In this document: positions 49,612 through 60,755 of the stretch, one piece after another
Layout: every line of letters starts with the position of its first letter
Position numbering within the stretch: the stretch's first letter is position 1
From: an uncultured Spirochaetota bacterium
GTDB taxonomy: Bacteria; Spirochaetota; UBA4802; UBA5550
Direction of reading: 5' to 3'
NCBI GenBank assembly: GCA_963827275.1
Contig: CAWHAA010000008.1
Span: 128,001-192,000 of the forward strand
DNA: 64,000 bases
Translations under genes and position numbers: made by a program
The notes under the pieces: model-generated
The model's input: the letters and a program-made list of their open reading frames with translations, nothing else
Database searches by the model: none
Told to the model about the DNA's origin: nothing

Positions 49612-52347
49612 ATGTCAGTCCTCGAAGAGATACATAAAAACCGTGAACTGTTCCTGCAGTTCAACGAGGTGAAGTATAAACGCTTCCAGCAGCTAATCGG
49701 CAATCCCGGTGTCCGCCGGGTCGTAAATTCAATCCCGATCCTTTTAAGCGTCAACCATAAAAGGCTCCCCGGTTATATAGAGGGAGATGTCCCCTGCGGG
49801 ATAGCCGGGTTAAAGCCGGACGGCGAAGCGGCGAAATTCCTGCAGGGGCGGTTCTATCTCAGGGAGATCGCGCTCCAGACCGGGGAACCGTTCATACAGA
49901 TGATGGCGGTGATGGGAAGCGTGGGAACGATCGCCTACACCAGGGACTCCGACTTTGATTACTGGGTCTGCATCGACAGGCGCGCGGCGTCCCCTGAAAA
50001 GGTCGGCCTGTTCCAGCAGAAGGTTGACGCGGTCCAGAGCTGGGCGATGAAGGAGATCGATATCGAGGTAAATATCTTCGTCAATGACATCAGCAATATC
50101 AAGGCGAACATCTTCGCCGAGAACCGCGAGGAGGCGTTCGGCTCGATCATCGGCGCCGTGCTGAAGGACGAGTTCTTCAGGAGCTCGATCATTATCGCCG
50201 GCAAGACCCCCTTCTGGTGGGTGCTCCCCCGGCTGGTGAGGGACAATGAATACGAAGCGTTCTGCCAGGCGGTCCCTCCAAAGGAGATGTCTGAATATTT
50301 TGTGGATCTGGGGAACGTGTATGAAATATCAAGGGAGGACTTTATCGGCGCCGCCCTGTTCCTGATTATAAAATCGCTCGGCAATCCCTTCAAGTCCATC
50401 ATCAAGCTCGGCCTGCTCGAGAAATACCTGTTCGGGCCCGATAACTCGCCGCTCCTCTGCCAGAAGGTGAAATCGAGCATCCTCCGCGGCAACCTGGACA
50501 ACCGGATCATCGATTCCTACATCCTCATGTTCGAAGAGGTCTATGAATACTACGCATCGGCAGTCGCCGACGCCGCGCTCCTTAAGATACTGCGGCAGAA
50601 CCTCTACCTGAAGATAAACCCGCAGCTGTCGCGGTACGTCGGCGTGAAGGACCGGCAGGGCCTCCCCTACAAGGTGCTGGTGATGTTCCGCTATGTGAAG
50701 GAGTGGGGGTGGAGCGGGAAGGAGGTCCAGGCGCTCGATAATTTCGAAAGCTGGGACTATAACCGCACCCTGGTCTTCTGGAGCCTGGTGCAGAAATTCA
50801 TGCTGCTGAGCTACCAGAAGATCGCGGCGCAGATCCCCTCGATGGACCTCGAGCGGAAGGTGTCGGCGTCGGACTTCAAGCTGCTGAGCGGAAAGATCAA
50901 GTCGCACTTCGCCCATGAAAAAAACAAGATCGACCAGTATATAACCTTCAAGGACACCCCCTTCGAGTCGATGCTGCACGTGGAGCCGGCGGCGGGGAGC
51001 GGCATGGACGGCGACGACTGGAGCCTTCTGAAACGGAACATGTCCGCGGGGGAGGCGGGGCAGTCGACGCTCCTGAAGACCGAAAAGGGACTGGTGCGGC
51101 TTCTTGCCTGGACCGCCATCAACCGGATATTCAACCCGCGGTTCAGCAGGCTGAAGTTCCAGGCCGGGTACAGCCGGGTGAGCCAGAACAGGGTGCTGGA
51201 GTTGATGGGCCGCATCGCCGACCATTTTTCCGGGACCCTGGCGAAGCTGAAAAACGAGTACTACCTGCGTCCGGCCTTCAACATGGCGAACATGTTGATC
51301 ATCAATTTCGGGATCGAGAACGCGGAGGCCATCACGACCATCCACCATATCTACCAGACCAGCTGGGGCGAGTCATATATCGATGAATACGGCGCGGAAA
51401 GCGACATTGTGCCGATACTCGGGACCGTGTTGAAAGAGGGCATCATCTCGTGCCCGAAGTTCGATGACTATTGCGTCATTGACACCCCCGAGCCTTTCAA
51501 AAAGCATTACAAGGACATTGAGCAGATTTTCAGGGAGGCCTACAATTTCATTGTCCAGGGCAGGGACGCGCGTTTTTCCTACCGCTTCCTGGGGCGTCTC
51601 GGCGGCAGGTACGTAACCGTCACCAGGGAGGGCGGCTCGGTGTCGCTCGCCAGCGATCCCGACATCGTGAAGGCGCTCTCGCGCATATCGTTGAATCCCC
51701 GTCCCGCCGCTCTCTATTCGTTCTATTGCACGGACCTGCGGCTCCGCATACTTGATGAAATCTACCGGATGAAGAAAAAGAACGTCATCACGGCGGTATT
51801 CGAGGAGGCCGGGGAGTATGTGCTGGCCTATGTCATCAATGAGTACGACAATATCTTCACGTTCATCAAGCCGAAAAAAGCAAAAGAGGACCTGGTCGTG
51901 TTCATGTACGATTTTTGCCGGAATTCCGTGCGCAGGGCCGGCGGCGGGGAAGGCCTTTCCCGGCCCGCCCCCGGGATCCACCTGTTCCAGCTTACCGTGG
52001 ACCGGTTCGGCAAATCGTCTTTTGAGAATACGACGCGGCGGTGCGAGGAGCTGTATGTGGTGAAATTCAAGACCAAGAAGGCCATCTCGGTGCGAATCGC
52101 GAACTACCTGACGAGCGAGCCGCTCTATGCACTGTCTGTCCCGGGAAGAACGGGCACGGAATACGCTCCCCTGAACCGGCTCCCTGCTGTGTTTGGCGCG
52201 CTCCTCCGGGAGGACCCTTCGATCTCGCCCTTCATCAATGATATCGAGTTCGCCGATGCGCAGGGACACCAGCTCTATCCGGGTTCAACGCCCTATTTTT
52301 CAGAAAAATACAGGATGGAGCTGATCTTCGACAGGCTGAAAAAGTAG
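49612..52347 (+). CDS. Class I adenylate cyclase-like protein
   Basis: MGSVGTIA...SDFDYWVC, LKDEFFR...AGK.PFWW, DLG and PFKS..K..LLE.Y motifs. Confidence 0.82.
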   Translation: MSVLEEIHKNRELFLQFNEVKYKRFQQLIGNPGVRRVVNSIPILLSVNHKRLPGYIEGDVPCGIAGLKPDGEAAKFLQGRFYLREIALQTGEPFIQMMAVMGSVGTIAYTRDSDFDYWVCIDRRAASPEKVGLFQQKVDAVQSWAMKEIDIEVNIFVNDISNIKANIFAENREEAFGSIIGAVLKDEFFRSSIIIAGKTPFWWVLPRLVRDNEYEAFCQAVPPKEMSEYFVDLGNVYEISREDFIGAALFLIIKSLGNPFKSIIKLGLLEKYLFGPDNSPLLCQKVKSSILRGNLDNRIIDSYILMFEEVYEYYASAVADAALLKILRQNLYLKINPQLSRYVGVKDRQGLPYKVLVMFRYVKEWGWSGKEVQALDNFESWDYNRTLVFWSLVQKFMLLSYQKIAAQIPSMDLERKVSASDFKLLSGKIKSHFAHEKNKIDQYITFKDTPFESMLHVEPAAGSGMDGDDWSLLKRNMSAGEAGQSTLLKTEKGLVRLLAWTAINRIFNPRFSRLKFQAGYSRVSQNRVLELMGRIADHFSGTLAKLKNEYYLRPAFNMANMLIINFGIENAEAITTIHHIYQTSWGESYIDEYGAESDIVPILGTVLKEGIISCPKFDDYCVIDTPEPFKKHYKDIEQIFREAYNFIVQGRDARFSYRFLGRLGGRYVTVTREGGSVSLASDPDIVKALSRISLNPRPAALYSFYCTDLRLRILDEIYRMKKKNVITAVFEEAGEYVLAYVINEYDNIFTFIKPKKAKEDLVVFMYDFCRNSVRRAGGGEGLSRPAPGIHLFQLTVDRFGKSSFENTTRRCEELYVVKFKTKKAISVRIANYLTSEPLYALSVPGRTGTEYAPLNRLPAVFGALLREDPSISPFINDIEFADAQGHQLYPGSTPYFSEKYRMELIFDRLKK

Positions 52348-52348
52348 G

Positions 52349-52918
52349 CTATTCCACCGGAAAATTGTCCCGGAAGAACTTCACTTTTTTCTCTTTGTCC
52401 TTCTTGTCTTCCTTGTCGCCGGAAAGGGTCCCCTTCTCCAGGGCGATATCAAGGATCTTTACGCTGGCGTCGTCGGCCTGCTTCTGGCCGGCCCCCTTCG
52501 CCGCGGCTGGCTTGCCGGGTTCCTTGGCCGTCTCAATCGTGGAGATTTTAACGTCAATCTGGTCCTGGGTAAGAATGCGGATCTCGTCGTCATCGATCGG
52601 TTCTTCCGGCTCGGCCTTTTTCGGCCTGGGCTCTTTTTTCTTTTTTTCGGCCGCGGGCGCCGCCTTGGCCTGAGGGGCCGGCTGGGCCTCGGCCTCGTCA
52701 CCCTCGATCTCTTTCCGCATCGCTTCGGGCGGGTTATGGATTTCCAGGCTGAGCATCTTTATCCTGTCGCCGAGGAGGAGGTTGATCTGCTTCTCGATTG
52801 ACATGAAGATCGGGGTCGTGAATGACTTGTTCTTTTTGACCGATTTCTCGAGCTTTTTAAGCTCCCTGATGTCGTTGTCGATGTCCTCGATTTTTTTTAT
52901 AACATGAATGACCTTCAT
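52349..52918 (-). CDS. Hypothetical charged protein
   Basis: 189-aa ORF with host-like codon usage; N-terminal coiled coil, then low-complexity region. Confidence 0.7.
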   Translation of the reverse strand: MKVIHVIKKIEDIDNDIRELKKLEKSVKKNKSFTTPIFMSIEKQINLLLGDRIKMLSLEIHNPPEAMRKEIEGDEAEAQPAPQAKAAPAAEKKKKEPRPKKAEPEEPIDDDEIRILTQDQIDVKISTIETAKEPGKPAAAKGAGQKQADDASVKILDIALEKGTLSGDKEDKKDKEKKVKFFRDNFPVE

Positions 52919-53284
52919 ATTCCACCCCTGGATTGTATGGTTGACGCGGGACGGCTCGCGCAGGTTGCCTGCGCGGAAATCCTGATATGCATATGCTATA
53001 TGACAGACATTGAATTACGTCAATGATTTTTTGCAATGAGACGTAATCCTTGAGAGGATCGGTTTTCAAGGGGTGGCGGGCTGTCCCGCGGGAAGACGGC
53101 CGGAGGCCGCCTTCCCGCAGAGGTCCGGCAGGCCCGCCAACTATTTAACTAATGTACCAGACCTGAAAAAAATGTGTCTCATCGAATGGCTTGCAGTGAG
53201 TCTTGGGACGCCGGAACGTACAAAGAAATTTTTAACCTATAGTGCCAGGTCAGCCCATGCGGAGTTTCCGCCGTATTCTTCCGT

Positions 53285-54020
53285 TTGTTATATCTCTGCT
53301 TTATGGTAATGTGCGGTACAGCGTTTTTACTCCGCTGCGCATCTCTCTTTTTTTTCATTACTTCCGGTGTCAGCGATTATGCATTATCCCTGATGCGCCT
53401 GTTGTGGAGTGCCGGCATGATGCTGATAATCTTTCTGGCGATAATTTTAAACAGGAAAAACGACATGCTTCTTGTTTCTCTTGGGGGAAAAATGCTGGTC
53501 CGTGGGGCACTTGACGGGAAGAGAAATCAACCGGCAGTGTCCCGTTCCCTGATCAGGTTGTCTGCCGGCGGAATAACCGGAGGAGTTTGATATGGGCGCG
53601 ATATTTGTGATCTACAATATCGGCTTCAACATATCCGCGATCGTCACCGGCCTCGGCATCGGCGGCGTGGCGGTGGCGCTCGCATCGCAGACGATATTCC
53701 GCGATCTCTTCAATTACTTCGTCATCTTTTTCGACCAGCCCTTCAAGGTCGGCGATTTCATAATAATAGATGACAAGATGGGCACCATCGAAAAGATAAG
53801 AATCAAGACCACACGTATCCAGAGCCTGGGCGGCGAGCAGATAATAATATCCAATACCGATCTGACAGACGCCCGGGTGCATAATTATTAGAGGATGCAA
53901 AAGCGGTGGGTTATGCTGAGGATCGGCGTGGTATATCAGACCGCGCCGGAACAGGTTGAAGCGATCCCGGGCATCATCAGGGACATAATGGAGGGCACTG
54001 AAGGCGTCACCCTCGACCGG
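53285..54020 (+). pseudogene. MscS mechanosensitive channel pseudogene
   Basis: GLGIGGVAVALASQ, DQPFKVGDFI, GTIEKI.IKTTRI and VHNY*RM (in-frame TAG at 53889); degenerate N-terminus; similarity stops at ~54020. Confidence 0.8.
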
Positions 54021-55724
54021 ATGAAGATGTTTTCCGGGATCGGATATTCCCCGGGATTGTTCCGTACAAATGCCTCGCTGGTGACAGTGGTCTCCTTTAT
54101 GACCGGATTTTTTGTTGAGAAGTATTCCCTGATCGCATTGATGAATGAACCGGACCTGGTCCCCTGCAGCCCGATGCAGGCGGTTTTAATCTCCTCGGAC
54201 CGGATTATTTCCGCCAGTTCCTCTCCCGCTTTTTCGGCCAGTATTACATACAGCCGCGAGAGACCGTATGTTTCTTTCAGGAACCGGCAAAAGAGGACGT
54301 TTATCTCATTGTTGGGAGAAGCAGCAAGGACGGAGGAATAGTTATCGACCTCGAACCCGGAAAAGGTATCGGCAGACAGCCCGTTTCCGTGCACATATGG
54401 AAAGCCTTCCTTTTCCGCGAGCCTGCATTTTGTCAGGTTCGAATCGACAAACAGCACTTCGTTTTGATACTTCTGCCAGTAGAGTGCCATCCCCAACGTG
54501 GTGGGATTGATCCCCAGGATGATGATATTTTTATCGCCCGAGACCAGAATATCGAGCTTTCGGGCGACCGCCGCCGCGCTCAGGCCCTGGAGCAGCACCG
54601 TGGCTGATATAAGCAGGAATATGAGTATTTCGATAATCTCCGTACCATGGACACCGGCTGATTTCAGCTTGATGGCGGCGATCGACGCCACGGAAAGTGC
54701 GATGATGCCCCGCGGTCCGATCCATGCCATGAACAGCCGCTCTTTCATGGTGAACATGCCGCCGGCCGTGCTGGCGAAAACCGTCGGGAACCGGGCCATG
54801 ACGATTATGCCCACGACCGCCAGGCCGGCCATGATCTCCTCCGAGAGCAGGGTAATATTGAAATGGGCCGACAGGAGGATGAACAGCAGGGAAATGACGA
54901 TTCTTGATATCTGCTCCTTGAAGGAAAGGAGCTTTTCCTTTTCCCTGTAGCCGATGGTGCTCAGTACGATGCCGAAAACCGCCACGGCCATCAGTCCGGA
55001 TTCGGACGACAGCTTTTCCGAGATGAAAAAGACGCAAAACACAAGCCCCAGCGTGAATATGCTGCGGCTGGCGGCGGGAACTGCGGAAGTTCTGTTTAAT
55101 AAAAATTTCACAGCAAATCCGGACAGGGCGCCGACCGCAATGCCGGTGATGATTGAGAGGAGAAAGCCGATTACGGTCAGACCCGGCACCTGCCGTGACA
55201 CGAAATACTCGATGATGGCGATGGCCAGAAGCGCACCAATCGTCGTCGATGGTTCTTGCCTCGCCGTTCAGAAATGTTTTGACATGTCTCCTCAGAGGAA
55301 GGTAACGGATGATCGGCTTTATGACGGTCGGACCGGTAACCACCGTCAGCGAAGCGAAGATAAGCGCAAGATCAGGCCGCAGGCCGGCTATGAAGTGGGC
55401 GGCAGCCCAGGCCGCCGTCATCGTGACGAGAATGGTGATGACTATCTGCCTGGCAAGATGAAGCGTTATCGATTTCAGCCTCGATATATGCAGCGAGAGG
55501 CCGCCTTCAAATAAAATAATGCTGACAAAAAGGGTGATGAGAATGTTCAGCCCCTCGCCGAGGGAATCGGGCCTGATTAACCCGGCGCCATGGGGACCGA
55601 GCGCGATGCCGCCGATGAAAAAAAGAATGATCGCCGGGAACCTGAACCGATCGGAGAGGACAATGCATACTGACCCTGTTATGAGGGTTATAATGACAGT
55701 GCGCAGGATAATGTCAGCTTCCAT
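54021..55724 (-). CDS. CPA1/NhaP-type cation:proton antiporter with TrkA-N domain (frameshift ~55243, 3'-truncated)
   Basis: ILFEGGL.L, VTGPTVI.P, ESGL.AV...G, LFILLS and WIGPRGIIA.SVAS; Rossmann-like TrkA-N domain (VDSN, GNGL, NNEIN). Confidence 0.82.
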
Positions 55725-55800
55725 TAAGGCGCCCCGTATAGTCTCTTGTCAGCAGGACTGAACAGAGGATAATTGATATGAAAACCCGGTTCCATCCTTT

Positions 55801-56574
55801 TTACATTGATGAATATTTTTCAATAAATTTTTTCGACACATTTTTGCTTTTCCAGCATACTATTGAAAAATAATAGAGGGGCTGTCCTTCTATCGATATG
55901 CGGTGCCTGTAGCGTTCCAGATGATTGATGTTCAGATATTCGGAAAATATCAACTCTTTTATCATCTGGGAAAAACCGCTTGAATCGGCAATGTTCAGGA
56001 ACGTTTCTTTGATATTAAAGGCGACCCATCCTTCATCGTTGATGAGATTAAGCGCTTCCAGGAACGCAAGGGGGGGAATGTCGCCGAACCCGAGCGCTGC
56101 AACGGTAATTAACGTGTTGAGGTTCCACGATTTAATTTCCTCTTTGTCGTCCTCCGTCAGCCGGGTGAAATCCTTCACGAAATATTCGTCATATATACCC
56201 GGCCTGTCTCTTTCAGTGGAATTTTTCGCGTCATCGAGAATGTCCACGCCAACCAGTCTCGAGACCCCGACTTTTTTGACCTCTTCGCCCATCATGCCGT
56301 TGCCGGCGCCGAAATCAAGCACCCGCATTTCTGAAAAATTTTCCTTGTTTACATCGATGACGTGCTTGAGAGCCTCGGTGACTTTTCTGGGTGATACGCA
56401 CTTCAGGCGTTCGTAAAAAAGCTGTTCATATAAACCAGGCAACCTGTAAATTTTGCCGTAATCGTGAAATAAAAATTTCTCTTTAACATTGTCCTGCATC
56501 AGGTAAAAAAAGGCTTCATCCTGGTCAAGATGTCCTGTTTTTATAGGAGGAAACTGGATAGTATATTTTTTCAT
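55801..56574 (-). CDS. Class I SAM-dependent methyltransferase
   Basis: VLDFGAGNG motif I and LVGVDI. Confidence 0.85.
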   Translation of the reverse strand: MKKYTIQFPPIKTGHLDQDEAFFYLMQDNVKEKFLFHDYGKIYRLPGLYEQLFYERLKCVSPRKVTEALKHVIDVNKENFSEMRVLDFGAGNGMMGEEVKKVGVSRLVGVDILDDAKNSTERDRPGIYDEYFVKDFTRLTEDDKEEIKSWNLNTLITVAALGFGDIPPLAFLEALNLINDEGWVAFNIKETFLNIADSSGFSQMIKELIFSEYLNINHLERYRHRISIEGQPLYYFSIVCWKSKNVSKKFIEKYSSM

Positions 56575-57254
56575 GTGAACTCCTGAATTTTTTTTCCGTG
56601 CATGATTAACGGCAATCGCATAGACATGGTCGGATCGATCAGGTCAATAAGGATGCCGCTGCCACGTGTTCTATATTTCAGCGGGAGTAGTATGGTATCG
56701 CTCCACCAAATATCGCGCCGTTATATTCGAAATTGCATGTCAGGCTTTTTGAACTGCAGGCATGTAAGCGCTTGTTTAGACGTTCAGTCAATTGTATGAT
56801 CATGCAAATATCTGGCAAGAGAAAATTAATACATTGTAAATTACACCCCTTAAAGCACAGGACCGCGGGAAACAATGAATGTTGTCCCCTCTCATAGCAA
56901 GCCCCCTCCGGCATACGTACCGATAACTATCGGTTGGTCCGGTTGCGGACATGCAATGTTACGGCGAGCACGCCTCTGCGGCCTCCTGCTATTCCCGCCC
57001 GGTATCCCGGCGGCGGCACAATATCACGGTACTGCCTGGTACGATCCACTTGTTTCATAACGGCTATTGCCGGATAATGAAAAGACCGTGAAGGGCGATT
57101 TGTCTGAATAATCCTTGAAAAGGTCTTGTTTTTTTACCGCCCACACAGGTAGTATTCTGAAATTCGATAATATGAAAAGTCCTGCACCGGGTCTTTTTTC
57201 TTTTTACTGATTTGAACGATAGATTGCGGTCAGGGGTGATGGGGGAGTGACTCT

Positions 57255-59448
57255 GTGAAGATTGTCAATATCATTAGCGGGAATTGCGGTCGGTCTGTCG
57301 ATTTTTTCTGCCGCGCACGCGGAGACTGTGCGCCTGGACGGCGCTTTGCGGAAAATTCCGATAGGACCCAACGTTGAATTTCTGAAAGATGACGCCGGGA
57401 CCCTGACGATGGACGATATCTCGGGCCCGAAATACAGGAACAATTGGTTTAAAATGAAGAATCATTACCCGCGGTTCGGGTGGACTGACTCGGTTATCTG
57501 GGCCCGCTTTACCGTTGTCAATGAAACGGGTGCGAACGTTCCTTTTTTTATTGAACACGGGTATCCTCTCATAGATGATTTGCAGTTTTATTCTCCGCGC
57601 ACGAACGGCACGTTTCAGGTGATACAAACGGGGGATACGTTTAATTTTTCACGGCGGCCCTATTATTCACGCACGTTTGTCTTTCCCGAGGAATGCGCAG
57701 CACGGGGGAGTAAAACCTACTTCATGAGGCAAAAATCGTCAGGCTTCATGAATTATCCCCTCATCATCTGGTCCCCGGCCGCTTATGAAAAACAGAACCT
57801 GCTTGAACACAGCCTGGTGATGATTTATTTCGGCATTGTATTGATCATGATTCTCAATTATCTGTGCGTCTATTTCCTGGTCCGCCATCTCAGCTACATT
57901 TATTTCGTCTTTTTCATATCGTCTATGCTGATTTTCATAATGACGCAGACCGGATCACTGTTCCAGTTTGTTTTTCCTGATAACCCGGGGCTGGCAAGCT
58001 TGAGTGCGCCGTTTTTTCTCTGCTTGGCAAACATTTTCGGCTGTCGCTTCGTCATAATCACTCTGCAATTGAAGAAAACCGCGCCCCTTTTCAAAACGAT
58101 AGTTGATATACAGACGTGGGTGTTCACCGCGGCATTGATTTCAGTCGGCGCGATTCCCTTCTACAAATTGTATCAAATCATAATGCCCGCTGCGGCTTTT
58201 TTGTCAATAGTCACGCTTGCCATTGTGTTCGGCGCCGGGATCTATCTGGCGCTCAGGAAACAAAGGAAATCATACATTTTTGTTCCCATCAGCCTGGTCT
58301 TCCTGGCCTGTTTCATTATCTATTTCATGAATGCGTTCGGCATACTGAAGGGAAGCTTCGCGAGCATCTGGGTGATCCTCATCGGATCCGCCCTCTGCCT
58401 CCTGGCCCTGTCAATTACGATGGTTGACCGGATCAATGTAATGCGCAAGGGATTGAAGCGACTCACGGAAAAGCTGAATGGGGATATCAAGACACGAAGC
58501 ATCGAGCTGCTGTTGAGCGAGGTTGCGTCAAAGGCCGTGGATGATGCAGCGGAGGAACGCAGCGCCGGCGCCGGCAGGGGTTACCCCGCCTCCCTTCAAA
58601 GACTGCTCTATCATCAGCGGGAACTGTCGATCCGGAAGCTGAGCACGGACCTGACCATTATATCGAATTTCGACGAGCTGCTCGACAAAACGCTTCTGAA
58701 AGCACAAGAGTTGTGCCAGGCCGAGAACGGGTGCCTGCTTATCATGGATGAAGATACGCTTGTTGAATTACGGAGGGATGCAGACTGGCAGAATCCCGAA
58801 GGGTGCGGGTATTCCAGGACGATCGTTGATTCGGTATTAAAAAGCGGAAATTATAGCATCACCATTCATGGCGACACGGAAGGAATTGACGGCGTGACGG
58901 GGGCACGGGAGAGGAGGGTTGTTTGTGTTCCGGTCCGGTCGGCAGGCGTCATCGTGGGCGCCTGCTATATGGAGAGAAAATCACCGGAAGACTTCACTGC
59001 CCGCGACGCGAAAATGCTCATGGATTTTTCGGATAGCATCATCACGGTGATCGATAATGCCCGGTCGTACGCAAAAAAGTTCATGAGTGATGGTTCTAAA
59101 AAGTACAATGTCATAACAGATCAGACAGAGAAAAAGATACAGCAGGCCGCCGAATACATCAAGGCCAACTATCTGAGCGATATTTCACGCGAGGGCCTTG
59201 CCGCATCTCTCGATATAAGCCCGAATTATCTCGGAAAACTTTTTAAAATCTACAATGGCAAGACAATCAGTGAATACATAAGTGAATTGCGGATCCGCGA
59301 CGCGGCAAAAAGGTTAACGGAAAATAAAGATGAAAATGTGATAACTATAGCATTTGCTGTTGGTTTTGAAAGCCTGAGTACTTTCAACCGGGCCTTTCTG
59401 AAAATCATGGGCAATACGCCGTCAGAATATAAAGAACAGAACAAATGA
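57255..59448 (+). CDS. 7TM-DISM + GAF + AraC HTH one-component regulator
   Basis: DISMED2 (FG.TDSVIW...YPLIDDLQFY), 7 TM, GAF (CVPV...VGACY) and AraC HTH (SPNYL..LFK, IAFAVGFESLSTFNRAF). Likely start GTG 57255 with one extra base near 57273. Confidence 0.88.
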
Positions 59449-59871
59449 ATCAGCCGCAGATTCCCCGACTCATGCAAAGACCGCTGGCATAATTTTGATA
59501 TCAGACATCATCCCCCGTGGCTGTTAAGGGCATATCTGTTCCCCTGAAATCAGGGATGATTCATATACCTGTCCATGGGCAGGATTTATAAATGCGTATT
59601 GTCAAATAGAATACTTGTTTCTAATGATATGACATTGTGTCAGAAATTTGTTAATATTAATTGCTGTAGCCATCTTGATTGACAATTTTTTCAGAATCAT
59701 CTGTTTCTGCCTCGCCATGGCGGTGCCATGAAACAATAAAAAAATTGTTAGTGGGCGGTTTTTTTATCTGATTAATAAACGACCGTCCGGACGTAATAAA
59801 TTGGTTATACAAATACAACAAACCAATGGATTGGTTTAAATTTATTATTCAATTTATTTGGGAGGATTTTT

Positions 59872-60648
59872 ATGAAAAAAGTATCACTTTTCCTCGTTCT
59901 TGTTCTTTCGCTTTTCATTTTTTCCTGTGACAACGCTTCAAATGAAGATGCATCAGGACTGTTGGCCGGCATTACGGCAGATGATGATTCGGGCGCATCA
60001 ACAGGTGATCCTGCAGAACCGATCGTTCTCACCGATGAGCAAAATGAAGCCAATGCCGCTGCTACATTAGCAATAGTCAATAATGGATTGCAAAATATTG
60101 ATTATGAAAACCTGTTTAAGGATGCGCTGGCGAAAATTTTCAATCCATCACAACTGCAAACCATTGATTGGAATTCCTTGTTTTCTTCCTCGAACGGATT
60201 GGACTACGCGATCCCATTGGGGACGGTGTATAATCAGGACGGCATGAAAATTGATGCCTGCCTGATCGTGGGTTTGACGGATGGAATTGGCATCGGCCTG
60301 ACCTTCACTTTGGATGATTATCAGCTTCAGACGGGCGAAGAGCCGCTGCCGACCGTATCCGGTCAGATCGTTGTAGGTATGACATGCCTGTTCGATTGGG
60401 AATCTATTTTCACCCAGACCCCGAGCGCAGTAATGGTTACCATGGATACTCCTCTGGATAACCAGCTTGTCTATACCGGTGGGATCATGAACGGCCAGAA
60501 AATCGGGCTTGTCGATGTTGAGCTGGAATATAGCATGGGCAGCTTTAATATAGGAAGCCCTCTCTCGATGTCAGGTGACTTCATTCTCAATGGCGTTACA
60601 GTACCTTTTGATTCGAAATATATTGATTTACTCATTGGACTGATGTAA
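59872..60648 (+). CDS. Hypothetical lipoprotein
   Basis: GGAGG RBS; MKK...IFSC lipobox. Confidence 0.8.
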   Translation: MKKVSLFLVLVLSLFIFSCDNASNEDASGLLAGITADDDSGASTGDPAEPIVLTDEQNEANAAATLAIVNNGLQNIDYENLFKDALAKIFNPSQLQTIDWNSLFSSSNGLDYAIPLGTVYNQDGMKIDACLIVGLTDGIGIGLTFTLDDYQLQTGEEPLPTVSGQIVVGMTCLFDWESIFTQTPSAVMVTMDTPLDNQLVYTGGIMNGQKIGLVDVELEYSMGSFNIGSPLSMSGDFILNGVTVPFDSKYIDLLIGLM

Positions 60649-60691
60649 TGGCAGTGGTTTAAATTACTTTTTAAATATCCTGCATAAATAG

Positions 60692-60725
60692 AATAAGGAT
60701 GCCTCTTATAAAGGGCATCCTTATT
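60692..60725. terminator. Bidirectional terminator-like hairpin
   Basis: AATAAGGATGCC / GGCATCCTTATT, 12-bp stem between convergent genes. Confidence 0.75.
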
Positions 60726-60755
60726 TATTTGGAATGATAGGTAATGTGCGGAATT

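Noticed and set aside
53889..53891. Pyrrolysine or readthrough at the mscS TAG
   Set aside because: The gene is also degenerate upstream and truncated downstream; an AAG-to-TAG nonsense change is simpler.
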